Assembly (NCBI GenBank): GCA_002238855.1
Contig: MPND01000006.1
Span: forward strand, 35,943-99,942
Origin: SAR202 cluster bacterium bin90
GTDB lineage: Bacteria; Chloroflexota; Dehalococcoidia; Lucifugimonadales; JADFKI01
Length of the DNA stretch: 64,000 nucleotides
Direction of reading: 5' to 3'
The number at the start of each line of letters is the position of its first letter. The stretch's first letter is position 1. Positions 1-8,948 of this stretch are shown here, piece after piece. The position numbers were made by a program, and so were the translations under genes. The notes beneath the pieces were generated by a model. It did not search any database, had not been told where the DNA came from, and was given only the letters and a program-made list of their open reading frames with translations.

Positions 1-99
1 TTCGTTGTCGAACAGGCGGTCATTCACCGCTGTGCCCGCGTAGCCAATATCGTCCATATCCACATGTCCGGCGTACAGGCTGTCAAATTTCGTAATCAT
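1..99 (-). CDS. Partial CDS, N-terminal 33 codons only (gene continues past the window start); product unassigned
   Basis: Reverse complement of 1..99 reads MITKFDSLYAGHVDMDDIGYAGTAVNDRLFDNE and is open to the window edge. GGAGG (comp. 106..110) lies 6 nt upstream of the ATG. It is not in the ORF track because it is truncated. Confidence 0.45.
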   Translation of the reverse strand, partial: MITKFDSLYAGHVDMDDIGYAGTAVNDRLFDNE

Positions 100-197
100 G
101 AAGCGCCTCCAAGTTGTGTAGGATAGGCTTATTGTAGTCTGGCACAATCCAGTGTCAACAAGGCAAACAGGTTGACCGAATACTATCAGGTGATGAA

Positions 198-1022
198 GTG
201 ACTGAATTACAAGGCAAAATCGCGCTGGTCACGGGCGCGAGCCGTGGCGTAGGACGCGGCATCGCCCAAGAACTTGGCATCGCAGGCGCAACCGTGTATG
301 TGACGGGGCGCAGCGTAAGCGACGACTCAACGACCGAAGACCTCGGCGGCAGTGTGAACAGCACGGCTGAGCTTGTTACGCAGTCCGGTGGCGCTGGCAT
401 CTCCGTGCAATGCGACCATACTCGCGACGACGCCGTATTAGCGCTGTTCGAGCGCATTCGGCGCGAGCAAGGAAGACTGGACATTCTGGTGAACAATGTC
501 TGGGGCGGCTACGAGGACTTCGCCGCCGCGAACTTCGTCGCGCCATTCTGGGAGCAGCCGATGTGGCGCTGGGAGCTGATGTTCGATGCGGGAGTGCGCG
601 CCCATTTCACCGCAAGCCGTCTCGCCGCGTCCTTGATGATACCACGCAAACAGGGGCTTATCGTCAACATATCATCGGGTGACGAAGGCAAGTACCGCGG
701 ACAAGTGATGTACGACATCGCCAAGGAGGCAGTTGACCGCATGGCGTTCGGTATGGCGCTGGAACTTCGGCAGCACGGCATAGCCGCACTCGCTATCTAC
801 CCCGGTTTGACGCGCACCGAGCGTGTCCTGCGATACGCATCCGCCGAAGAACTCGGAACCTCGGAATCGCCGCGCTACGCAGGCCGCGCCATCGTCGCCC
901 TCGCCACGGACACCGAAGTCCTGCAGCGCAGCGGCGGCGCATACAAGACAGGCGAGCTGGCGTTGGAATACGGCTTCAAGGACACCGACGGCACGCAGCC
1001 ACCTCCGTTCACATTCGGATAA
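198..1022 (+). CDS. Short-chain dehydrogenase/reductase (SDR) family oxidoreductase
   Basis: N-terminal Rossmann motif ALVTGASRGVGRGIA, NNVWGG segment and a YxxxK-like YDIAK. Length is typical of SDRs. GTG start. Confidence 0.85.
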   Translation: MTELQGKIALVTGASRGVGRGIAQELGIAGATVYVTGRSVSDDSTTEDLGGSVNSTAELVTQSGGAGISVQCDHTRDDAVLALFERIRREQGRLDILVNNVWGGYEDFAAANFVAPFWEQPMWRWELMFDAGVRAHFTASRLAASLMIPRKQGLIVNISSGDEGKYRGQVMYDIAKEAVDRMAFGMALELRQHGIAALAIYPGLTRTERVLRYASAEELGTSESPRYAGRAIVALATDTEVLQRSGGAYKTGELALEYGFKDTDGTQPPPFTFG

Positions 1023-1209
1023 TGCGGATATTGAAAAGGCGAAAGACTACACGCCAAGCATCCGCAATGCAGGTTCAATCCGGCTTATTGAAACACCCCA
1101 CATGTCGCACTGAAACTTTACATATCCCCAAATCTCGTCTAAACTTTGGCAATCTGGCTGTTAAATTTAAACGACAGACAGGCCAACACCAATTAGGGAG
1201 GTTGATGTT

Positions 1210-1359
1210 ATGCCAAAGGGAAGTGTCCCTAAGCGTGAGGCAAAAAAGCCCAAAAAGAAAGCGCAGAAGCGAGACTCATACGCGGCGCCAGTCATAGCCA
1301 GCGACGCAGTAGAAGTCGTAGGCAAGCGGCGCAGGCGCAAGGAAGAAGTGGACTTCTAA
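1210..1359 (+). CDS. Small Lys/Arg-rich protein (49 aa), function unknown
   Basis: ATG at 1210 is preceded by GGGAGG (1195..1200). Translation is MPKGSVPKREAKKPKKKAQKRDSYAAPVIASDAVEVVGKRRRRKEEVDF, with stop TAA at 1357..1359. It falls below the 60-aa cutoff of the ORF track. Confidence 0.4.
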   Translation: MPKGSVPKREAKKPKKKAQKRDSYAAPVIASDAVEVVGKRRRRKEEVDF

Positions 1360-1368
1360 CCGCTACCA

Positions 1369-2151
1369 CTAATGGACCACGCGATATTCATCGCTCCCTG
1401 TCCATTCAACGTCCTTACGGGTGAGCTTCGACTCTGTATCGCTAAGGCTGGACCCGCCCAGCAGTTCCGGCAATTCCGCCAGCTCGGTTATGCGCGGCTG
1501 CGCTGTGTAGTCCGTGTGGTTGCCGTCCCGGTCCAGCAGCACGGCGTTGATGCCTGCATTCACGGCACCGGCGACATCCGATGTCAGCTGATCGCCAACA
1601 TGTACTGCGTGCTCAGGCTGCGTATTCGCACGTTCAAGTGCGCGCTCGAAAATCAGTAGGCTGGGCTTCTCTGCGCCAACTTCCTGTGAAGTAATTGAGA
1701 AGTCCAGATGCGGCTGCAGCCCCATGCTTTCGGCTAATTGATCGCCGCTCTGATTCATGTTGCTGATAAGCCCGACCGTCAGACCCATCTGCTTGCAGGC
1801 GTTCAGCGCAGGAATCGTATCGTCGTACAGAGCTAGACCATACTCAATCTTCCTGATGCGCCGCCATATCTGCCACGCCTCTTCCTGCGACACCTCCACG
1901 CCCGCGCCGCGCAGCACGCGCCTCTCGTACTCGGAGAAAAACACCCTATTCTCGTCACGACTGAGACTTCGCACCGGCTTCGTGGCGTTCTGGTGCGACA
2001 TGAATGCGTCAGCCAGGTTATAGCCGCGCAATATACCCTCCGGCGTTACGCTGATGCCAAAGTCGGCGAGCGCCTCGGACTGAATTTCATAGCGCGAGGG
2101 CTGAAAGCCGGCCAAAGTACCGTATAGGTCGAAGAAAACCGCAGTTATCAT
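1369..2151 (-). CDS. HAD-superfamily hydrolase (haloacid dehalogenase-like)
   Basis: Motif I DLYGTL directly after start MITAVFFDLYGTL, motif ISN, and C-terminal VGDxxxxDVxGAxxAG. Start moved to the ATG at 2151, which has GAGGA upstream, rather than 2184. Confidence 0.85.
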   Translation of the reverse strand: MITAVFFDLYGTLAGFQPSRYEIQSEALADFGISVTPEGILRGYNLADAFMSHQNATKPVRSLSRDENRVFFSEYERRVLRGAGVEVSQEEAWQIWRRIRKIEYGLALYDDTIPALNACKQMGLTVGLISNMNQSGDQLAESMGLQPHLDFSITSQEVGAEKPSLLIFERALERANTQPEHAVHVGDQLTSDVAGAVNAGINAVLLDRDGNHTDYTAQPRITELAELPELLGGSSLSDTESKLTRKDVEWTGSDEYRVVH

Positions 2152-2251
2152 ATTTCCTCGGCTTTTCAATTTTCCGTATCGCACAACGCGACCATGTTAC
2201 ATTATTACCCCAAGACCGACACATTAACGCTTCAGGATACCGGCAACTCTC

Positions 2252-3280
2252 ATGCTCGCTGGCAAACTTCCCATGGAACTGCTCTCGCGGCTGCTGTCCG
2301 ACATAGATGTTCGCGACCCACGCGTCGTGCTGGGCGCGCGCGCCGGTGAAGACGCCGCGCTCATCGACATGGGCGACCGCTACCTCGTTGCCAAGACCGA
2401 CCCCATAACCTTCGCCACGGACCTCATCGGATGGTATCTCGTGCAGGTCAACGCCAACGACCTCGCCTCAATGGGCGCGACTCCCCGCTGGCTTATGGCG
2501 ACCCTTCTGCTGCCGGAAGGCACCACGGAAGAGCAGACTGAGGCGATCTTCACTCAACTGCTGGAAGCGTGCAATTCGCTTGGCATCACGCTCATCGGCG
2601 GACACACCGAGATCACCTACAACCTGCCGCGTCCAATCGCAATGGGCGCAATGCTCGGCGAGGTCGCGAAGGACAGGGTGGTGCTGACATCGGGCGCTCA
2701 GGTTGGCGACAGCATCGTGCTCACGCAGGGCATCGCAATCGAAGGCACATCCATATTGGCGAGAGAAGCAGAGGACGCGCTCGCCGCTAAGGGCGTGCCG
2801 CAGCCGGCCATCGAGCGCGCGAAGTCGTTCCTGTTCACGCCGGGCATCAGCGTGGCGAAAGCCGCAACAATCGCCTGCGATACCGCAACCGTCCACGCGA
2901 TGCACGACCCCACCGAAGGCGGCGTTGCAACTGCGCTCCTAGAACTCGCCACGGCTGCGAGTGTTGGAATGACCATTGACGCAGTGCGAATACCCATATT
3001 GCCTGAGTGCCGCACCATCTGCGAAGCCCTCTCGCTAGACCCGCTCGGACTTATCGCATCCGGCGCGCTGCTCGCTACTCTGCCGCCCGCAGAAGCTGAG
3101 CAATTGGTCGCTACGCTCAATCAGGAGGGCATCCCCGCAAGCGTAATTGGCATCGTCACACCGGCATCCGAAGGCTTGCGGCTCGTATCGAACGGCACAT
3201 CGCGCCCGCTACCCACCTTCGAGCGCGATGAATTGGCCCGTTTCTTCGCCGACGATGGCACAGCTCCACAGGACGCATAG
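2252..3280 (+). CDS. AIR-synthase-related (PurM/HypE/ThiL-like) ATP-binding protein
   Basis: GEDAALID...LVAKTDPITF...VNANDLASMGATP and IGGHTE motifs are typical of the PurM-like superfamily. It has no SelD-type N-terminal Cys/Sec loop and no HypE C-terminal Cys. Confidence 0.7.
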   Translation: MLAGKLPMELLSRLLSDIDVRDPRVVLGARAGEDAALIDMGDRYLVAKTDPITFATDLIGWYLVQVNANDLASMGATPRWLMATLLLPEGTTEEQTEAIFTQLLEACNSLGITLIGGHTEITYNLPRPIAMGAMLGEVAKDRVVLTSGAQVGDSIVLTQGIAIEGTSILAREAEDALAAKGVPQPAIERAKSFLFTPGISVAKAATIACDTATVHAMHDPTEGGVATALLELATAASVGMTIDAVRIPILPECRTICEALSLDPLGLIASGALLATLPPAEAEQLVATLNQEGIPASVIGIVTPASEGLRLVSNGTSRPLPTFERDELARFFADDGTAPQDA

Positions 3281-3388
3281 TTCATTTCCCGGCACAGTCC
3301 CGCTCGGTAATTCATACCTGCCTGAGTCCCCTATGCTATCCTGTATTCAGCGATTATTACCTAGAATAAACATCGGAGTTAAACCTCA

Positions 3389-4753
3389 ATGCCCTATTCT
3401 TTCAGCCGCGTCGCGGTCGGTATAATAGCCGCCGTACTGTTCGCGGCAATGCTAACCGCCTGCTCGCAGCAGCCCGAACCGCAGCCGACCGCAGTCCCCA
3501 CAGCGGTTCCATCCGCCCCCACAGCAGCCCCTGAACCAGCGCCGACCACCGCTCCGGCGCCCGCGGCGACCACTGCGCCCGCACCCACGGCTGAGCCCGC
3601 GGCTACTGCTGCACCCACTGCCGAACCCGAACCGACGGCGATGGCTGAACCGGAAGCACCGGCGAAGAACTCATTCATCATTGGAGAGGGCACAATCGCC
3701 CGCTACAAGGTGGAGGAGGAACTTGCGCGACAAGGCTTCTTTGTAGCCACTGGCGAAACGACCGAAGTGGTCGGTCGCATCTCCTTCGACGACGACGGCG
3801 GGATCGTATCCGGCGAGAGCGGCATCGTATTGCAGGCAGCCACATTCAAGACGGACAGCGACCGCCGAGACCGCTTTGTGCGCGAGCGAACGCTTCAGAC
3901 CGCCGATTTCCCGGCGATTTCCTTCATTCCGACCTCTGCGGAAGGTCTGCCGTCACCGCTGAGCGAAGCAAGTGGCACTGTAGAGTTCACCCTCACCGGC
4001 GAACTCACCATCCGCGACCAGACGCGCCCGGTTACCTGGGATGTCGTGGCTGAATTCGGAGACGAGATCAAAGGCCTCGCCTCCCTTGAAACCACGTTTG
4101 AAGAGTTCGCGATGGAGAAGCCCAGCGTGGCGATCGTCATCAGCGTTGACGATACCATTCGCCTTGAGATCGACTTTGTGGGCACCTTCGAAGAGGCCGG
4201 CGCGATAAATGTTGACGGCGCCGATGACGAAGCCTACGCGCAGCTGCTCGGAGACGAGAGCGCGCCAGTCACCGTCATAGAGTTCTCCGACTTCCAATGA
4301 CCGTACTGCCAGAGTTTCGCCCTCGGGCCGGGGCGACAGATTATCGAGGACTTCGTTGAATCGGGCGAGGTTCGATTCGCATACCGCCATTTCATCGTAA
4401 TCGGCACGGAATCGGTGTTCGCCGCAATGGGCACCGAGTGCGCCGCGGAGCAGGATAAATTCTGGGAGTTCCACGACGCAATTTTCGACAACTGGAGCGA
4501 TGGCAGGCAGAACGGCTTTGGCTTCTTGTGGCTGCAAGGCACTGCCGAATCGCTGGCAATGGATACAACTCAATTCGAAGAGTGCATCCAAAGCGGTCGA
4601 GCATTCGAGCGCGTCAGGGCAAGCCAGATTGACGGCATGGGACGCGGCATCAACAGCACACCATCCGTATTCATCAACGGCGTTCGCGTCGGAGGCGCGG
4701 ACTACGAGGCATACCGCAGCGCAATCGAAGACGCGCTCGAGAGCAGCCCGTAG
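3389..4753 (+). CDS. Lipoprotein with Ala/Pro/Thr-rich linker, YceI-like domain and C-terminal DsbA-like thioredoxin domain; predicted selenoprotein with in-frame UGA at 4298..4300
   Basis: Lipobox LTAC near the N-terminus. YceI-like segment (ATFKTDSDRRDRFVRERTLQTADFPAISF). ORFs 3389..4300 and 4415..4753 are in the same frame with no other stop between them. Read-through gives VIEFSDFQ-[TGA]-PYCQSF...ECAAEQDKFWEFHD, the DsbA-family FQCPYC context with TGA at the first Cys. Confidence 0.6.
4317..4336 (+). promoter_or_regulatory. Candidate bacterial SECIS-like hairpin downstream of the in-frame UGA
   Basis: TCGCCC (4317..4322) pairs with GGGCGA (4331..4336) around an 8-nt G-containing loop. 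It starts 17 nt after the TGA, within the spacing expected for bacterial SECIS elements. Not folded computationally. Confidence 0.3.
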
Positions 4754-4825
4754 TCGGCGGCCAGCCCGTAGATTCCACTAGCACACCAACCAGGAAATCA
4801 TCGGCTGACCACCGGGATTTAGCTG

Positions 4826-5194
4826 CTATTCGGCATACACCGTAGTCTGGCTCTCAGGATGCGTCAGCGAGATGTGCGAAAAGTCCTCGCCATCAACAGC
4901 ACCGTGCCAGTGCTTCTCACCTGCGGGTATCAGCGCAGTGTCGCCCTCGCCAACCTCGATCTGCTCGGCTTCCGTCGCAACATACCCCTTGCCACTCAGC
5001 ACGAACAGAATCTGGTCGCTCGTGTGCGTGTGGAAATGGTTCTTCGCCCCGTTGAAGAAGCTCACCTTGTTGAAGTTGAAGTCGCCGCTCATGCCGCCGC
5101 CGACAATCCCCTCACCTTCGACCTTGCCTCCATAGAAGATCGGCGCATCGCTGCGGTCTTCCGGCTCGTTCTGGCCCTTCCTTATAATCTGCAT
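4826..5194 (-). CDS. Cupin domain protein
   Basis: Cupin motifs HTHTSDQILFVLSGKG and GDTALIPAGEKHWHG; about 120 aa. Confidence 0.75.
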   Translation of the reverse strand: MQIIRKGQNEPEDRSDAPIFYGGKVEGEGIVGGGMSGDFNFNKVSFFNGAKNHFHTHTSDQILFVLSGKGYVATEAEQIEVGEGDTALIPAGEKHWHGAVDGEDFSHISLTHPESQTTVYAE

Positions 5195-5299
5195 TTCGTA
5201 TCCCCCTTTGGAATGTTTCTCATAAATTGCTAGTGCGCGATGACACTTCGCCCATTATACGACCCATCACCCCTATCATGTCCATCCTGTTCATCGATG

Positions 5300-6628
5300 T
5301 TAGCCCCCGCTTGAACCCTCGCTCCGCCTGGGCTTGCCCGCCTGCGTAAGCGCCATCGCTCCCGTGAAGAACAGCGCCGCGATAAGCAGGAAGGCGAAGT
5401 CGTAGCTTCCGGTGCTATCGAATGACCAGCCCGCGAGAATGGGGCCAAGGAACGACGACACACCCATCGTTATGCTCATCACGCCCATGATGCTGCCGTA
5501 GAACCTGACGCCGAATGCGTCCTGAACGATGAGCGGCGTGAGCGCACCGAACGCGCCCAGGAAAAATCCGAAGCAGCCCACCACTATCCACACGAGCGGC
5601 AGCACCGCGCCGGCGGCTATCATCGGCAGCGGAATTGAAACTCCCGCAAAGTAAGTCAGCAGGACGAGGAAGCCTGACTGCCCGAACAGGTCTATCATCA
5701 GGGCGTACCGCGCCGTAATGCGGTCGGCGAGCAGACCCATAATGAACTTGCCTGTCATTCCGCAGCCGGCGAGGAGACTCAGCGCGATTGCCGCAGAGCC
5801 GGATGATACACCCTCCCCCGTCAGGTGAGCCGCGACTTGGGTGAGCACACCGGTATATGTGAGTGAGCCGAGCATCATCGCGACAGTTATCGCGTAGAAC
5901 GCCTTAGTTCGCGCGGACTCCTTAAGCGACCAGCCGGTCAGCACGACCGGAGCGCCATCAGAAGCCGCATCCCCCTCCCGCCCCCTGCTGCGCAAATTCT
6001 CCCTTGTCGGGAACTCGCGTACGACCAGGAGAGCGTACACCGTCATCAGTATGCCGATTACACCGAACAGCAGGTAAGTCCCCTGCCACGGAGACAGGTT
6101 TATGAACGCCCAGTGCCAAGACATGCCCAGCGCGAATGTAGTGAGATGGGGAAATGTCATGCCGCCGAAGTTGTTGCCCATGAGCGTGATGCCCATTACA
6201 CGGCCGCGCGAGCGCTGGAACCATATACCCACCAGCCTGCCAGCAGGCAGAATGGACGCGCCGGAAAAGCCCAGGTACTGTACGAAACTGAGCGCATACC
6301 AGTGCCAGAGCTCGGTCATCATGGGGCGCATCAGGTAGCTGATGACTATGAGAGCCATAGATGCGACAAGAATGTTCTTCGCGCCATGCCTGTCCATGAT
6401 GTAGCCGAGGTACGGCGCGATGAAGCTGCCGACAGCGGTGAAGGACAGCGAGAGGTTGATCTGAGTGCGCGTCCAGCCGAACTCCTGCTCCAGCGGCTCG
6501 ATCAGCAGCCCGAAGGCGTACTGCCCTGAGCCGACCGTGAGCATTGCGGCGAGAAACGGTGCGGAGATGACCCACCAGCCGGCATATATGGAAATCGGCC
6601 TGGGGCGCAGTGCGTTGAGCATCGGCAA
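5300..6628 (-). CDS. MFS transporter
   Basis: 442 aa with about 12 hydrophobic segments and an MFS-type loop (MDRHGAKN). Confidence 0.8.
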   Translation of the reverse strand: MPMLNALRPRPISIYAGWWVISAPFLAAMLTVGSGQYAFGLLIEPLEQEFGWTRTQINLSLSFTAVGSFIAPYLGYIMDRHGAKNILVASMALIVISYLMRPMMTELWHWYALSFVQYLGFSGASILPAGRLVGIWFQRSRGRVMGITLMGNNFGGMTFPHLTTFALGMSWHWAFINLSPWQGTYLLFGVIGILMTVYALLVVREFPTRENLRSRGREGDAASDGAPVVLTGWSLKESARTKAFYAITVAMMLGSLTYTGVLTQVAAHLTGEGVSSGSAAIALSLLAGCGMTGKFIMGLLADRITARYALMIDLFGQSGFLVLLTYFAGVSIPLPMIAAGAVLPLVWIVVGCFGFFLGAFGALTPLIVQDAFGVRFYGSIMGVMSITMGVSSFLGPILAGWSFDSTGSYDFAFLLIAALFFTGAMALTQAGKPRRSEGSSGG

Positions 6629-6740
6629 AGAGTATATCAGGTGATTAGTATTTCAGTTAGTCAGCGTATAATTTTGCTACGATATGCAGAATCTGCAAAT
6701 ATTCTGACAGTCCATTGATATGCTGTAGGAGCGCCAGTAT

Positions 6741-7598
6741 ATGAACAAATACGAAGTAGCCCTATCGTTTGCTGGAGAGCAGCGACATTACGTCGAAGAA
6801 GTGGCACGAGGACTTCAGAGCCGAGGAATCGCTGTATTCTACGATGAATTTGAGAAGGTCAGCCTGTGGGGGAAAAGCCTAACTGAGGAGTTTCATAGAA
6901 TATTCGAGAATGATGCTGGGCGAGTTGTCATGTTTATATCAAGAGACTACGTCCAGAAGGCTTGGCCAAGGCATGAACGGCGATCTGTCCTTAGCAAGGC
7001 AGTTCATGAATCAACAGAATATGTACTACCGGTGCGCTTCGACGATACCAAAGTTCCAGGACTGCCTACTGATGTCAGCTACCTGCCTGCAGAGGAATAC
7101 TCGCCCAGTGAACTCGCCGCGATGATCGGAGAGAAATTAGGTGTAACTCGGTTCGCAGCAAAAGCATCCGATGTACCTCCTCCGCGTATGACATCCCTAA
7201 CAGGTGAGGTGGTGTTTGACTACGGAAGCCATAATGGGCGTTTCGTGATAGGGCGAGATGTGCTGGAATTTGAAACAAAGTGGAGTAGGGCGAGCAACAC
7301 GAGCATTTACGTTTACAATGACCCTCCATCGATAAACGGCGTTGCGCTGGCTCCGCGTGACTGCGTGAGCATCGGGAAGGTTGTTGATGCCCAACTTCTC
7401 GATTTCACCTCGCGCAGTCGGACCCCTCAAATCGGGCAGATCGTGATGTTCCGAAACACAAAAGGCTTCTATGCAGCGGTACAGATTCTGGGCATCAAAC
7501 ACGGTGGTCGGGGTGACGACAACTATGAACTGCGCTTTCGTTACGTCATCCAATCTGATGGCTCGGACGACTTCACAAGTTTGAGCACTTCTAACTAA
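6741..7598 (+). CDS. TIR-domain protein with unassigned C-terminal domain of about 150 aa
   Basis: N-terminus YEVALSFAGEQRHYVEEVARGLQSRGIAVFYDEFE...VVMFISRDYVQKAWPRHERRSVL matches the bacterial TIR pattern (S-F-A-G start, FIS..Y...W...E with the conserved Glu). Residues about 140..285 match no family I can name. The gene and its flanks are visibly AT-richer than the neighbours. Confidence 0.75.
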   Translation: MNKYEVALSFAGEQRHYVEEVARGLQSRGIAVFYDEFEKVSLWGKSLTEEFHRIFENDAGRVVMFISRDYVQKAWPRHERRSVLSKAVHESTEYVLPVRFDDTKVPGLPTDVSYLPAEEYSPSELAAMIGEKLGVTRFAAKASDVPPPRMTSLTGEVVFDYGSHNGRFVIGRDVLEFETKWSRASNTSIYVYNDPPSINGVALAPRDCVSIGKVVDAQLLDFTSRSRTPQIGQIVMFRNTKGFYAAVQILGIKHGGRGDDNYELRFRYVIQSDGSDDFTSLSTSN

Positions 7599-7692
7599 GC
7601 TGGTTAGCTATCCCGCTTCGTTGCCGTCCAAGTCCTTAGATGATATAACTGACTCACTGAAAAACAGACCGACTTTCTGGAGGAATTTCCAC

Positions 7693-8634
7693 ATGGCTGA
7701 ATCGGACAAAACATTTCGCATCGCGATAATCGGACAGGCGGCATTCGGGGAGAGCGTGCTCAACGCACTTGTAGAGCACGGCGAGAACATCGTTGGCGTG
7801 TTCTGCCCACCCGACAGGGAAGGCAGGCCTGCCGACCCCATCAAGACCGCCGCCGAGGGACACGACATTCCCGTGCTGCAATACCGCCGCATGCGCAACC
7901 AGGACTGCATAGACGCATTCATGGCGCTGAACGCCGACCTATGCGTGATGGCATTCGTAACCGACATCGTGCCGGACGCCATCCTCGAAGCGCCCACTCA
8001 CGGCACGATCCAGTACCACCCCTCGCTTCTCCCGCTCCATCGCGGTCCGAGCTCCATCAACTGGCCCATAATCATGGGCGACGAGAAGACCGGTCTGACC
8101 ATTTTCTGGCCCGACAAGGGGCTGGACACCGGTCCCATCCTTCTCCAGAAGGAGACGCCCATAAGCCCAGACGACACGCTCGGTTCGGTCTATTTCGGCA
8201 GGCTGTTCCAAATGGGCGTTGACGCGATGGTGGAGTCCGTGGATATGGTGAAGGCCGGCACCGCGCCGCGAATCGAGCAGAACCACGACGACGCCACCTA
8301 CGAGGGCTGGTGCCGCGCCGAAGACGTCATCATCGACTGGGACAAGCCCGTCAGCGAGATATACAACATGATCCGCGGAAGCGACCCCAGCCCCGGCGCA
8401 GGCACAACCTTCGGCGAAGCAGGCATGCGCTTCTTCCGCGCGAGCAGTTCTGACGGCGAAGCAGGCGGCGCGCCCGGCGAGGTCACCGAAATCACCGACG
8501 AGGGCTTCCGCATCGCGGCAAACGGCGGCTCCATATTCGTCGGCAGGGTGCAGCAGGGCCGCGAGCGCAAGGTCAATGCCCCGGAGTGGATAGAAGCAGT
8601 CGGCCTGAAGGTAGGTGACAGGTTCGGGGGCTAG
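7693..8634 (+). CDS. Formyltransferase family protein (Fmt / 10-formyl-THF dehydrogenase N-terminal-like)
   Basis: HPSLLPLHRGPSSINWPIIMGDEKTGLTIFWPDKGLDTGPILLQKE is the formyl-transferase core motif. Start set at ATG 7693, with GGAGG at 7679..7683. Confidence 0.8.
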   Translation: MAESDKTFRIAIIGQAAFGESVLNALVEHGENIVGVFCPPDREGRPADPIKTAAEGHDIPVLQYRRMRNQDCIDAFMALNADLCVMAFVTDIVPDAILEAPTHGTIQYHPSLLPLHRGPSSINWPIIMGDEKTGLTIFWPDKGLDTGPILLQKETPISPDDTLGSVYFGRLFQMGVDAMVESVDMVKAGTAPRIEQNHDDATYEGWCRAEDVIIDWDKPVSEIYNMIRGSDPSPGAGTTFGEAGMRFFRASSSDGEAGGAPGEVTEITDEGFRIAANGGSIFVGRVQQGRERKVNAPEWIEAVGLKVGDRFGG

Positions 8635-8649
8635 CTTAACTTACACGAG

Positions 8650-8886
8650 CTATGCGGAGTGGAGTGGCTGCTTCGTTTCCTTGGGCTTAACCTCGACGTT
8701 GAGGGGAGATCCCGAGATGGACTTCAGACCGAGCACATGAAAGCTGAGGACTTTGCCTTGCGCGTCAAGGCGCACTTCAATACGGTCGTCGTCAGTGTCA
8801 TACGCGACGCCTTTGCCTTTCTCGAACACAACTTCGAGAAAATCTGCCTCCGAGTCGTACCAGAGTTTTATAGCGTCTTTTCCCAT
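8650..8886 (-). CDS. DUF2283 family small protein (often the antitoxin-like partner of DUF4258)
   Basis: KLWYDSEADFLEVVFEKGKGVAYDTDDDRIEVRLDAQGKVLSFHVLG matches the DUF2283 pattern. No partner gene is adjacent. Confidence 0.6.
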   Translation of the reverse strand: MGKDAIKLWYDSEADFLEVVFEKGKGVAYDTDDDRIEVRLDAQGKVLSFHVLGLKSISGSPLNVEVKPKETKQPLHSA

Positions 8887-8948
8887 ATGACAGTGCCTTC
8901 TCTAACGGGCTAACTCAAGCGTAACTTTACATCCACTGACTGACTAGG

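Noticed and set aside
2252-3280. Whether the AIR-synthase-like gene immediately upstream of the putative selenoprotein is selD (selenophosphate synthetase).
   Set aside because: SelD belongs to the same superfamily, but it has an N-terminal Gly-rich loop with Cys/Sec-Gly-Cys-Lys, which is absent here. I treat the proximity as coincidence.
6654-7659. An imperfect 11-nt inverted repeat flanking the TIR gene: CAGTTAGTCAG at 6654..6664 and CTGACTCACTG at 7649..7659, matching at 10 of 11.
   Set aside because: It is too short, and one mismatch is enough that a chance match between two ~100-nt flanks is plausible. I do not claim it as a mobile-element terminus.
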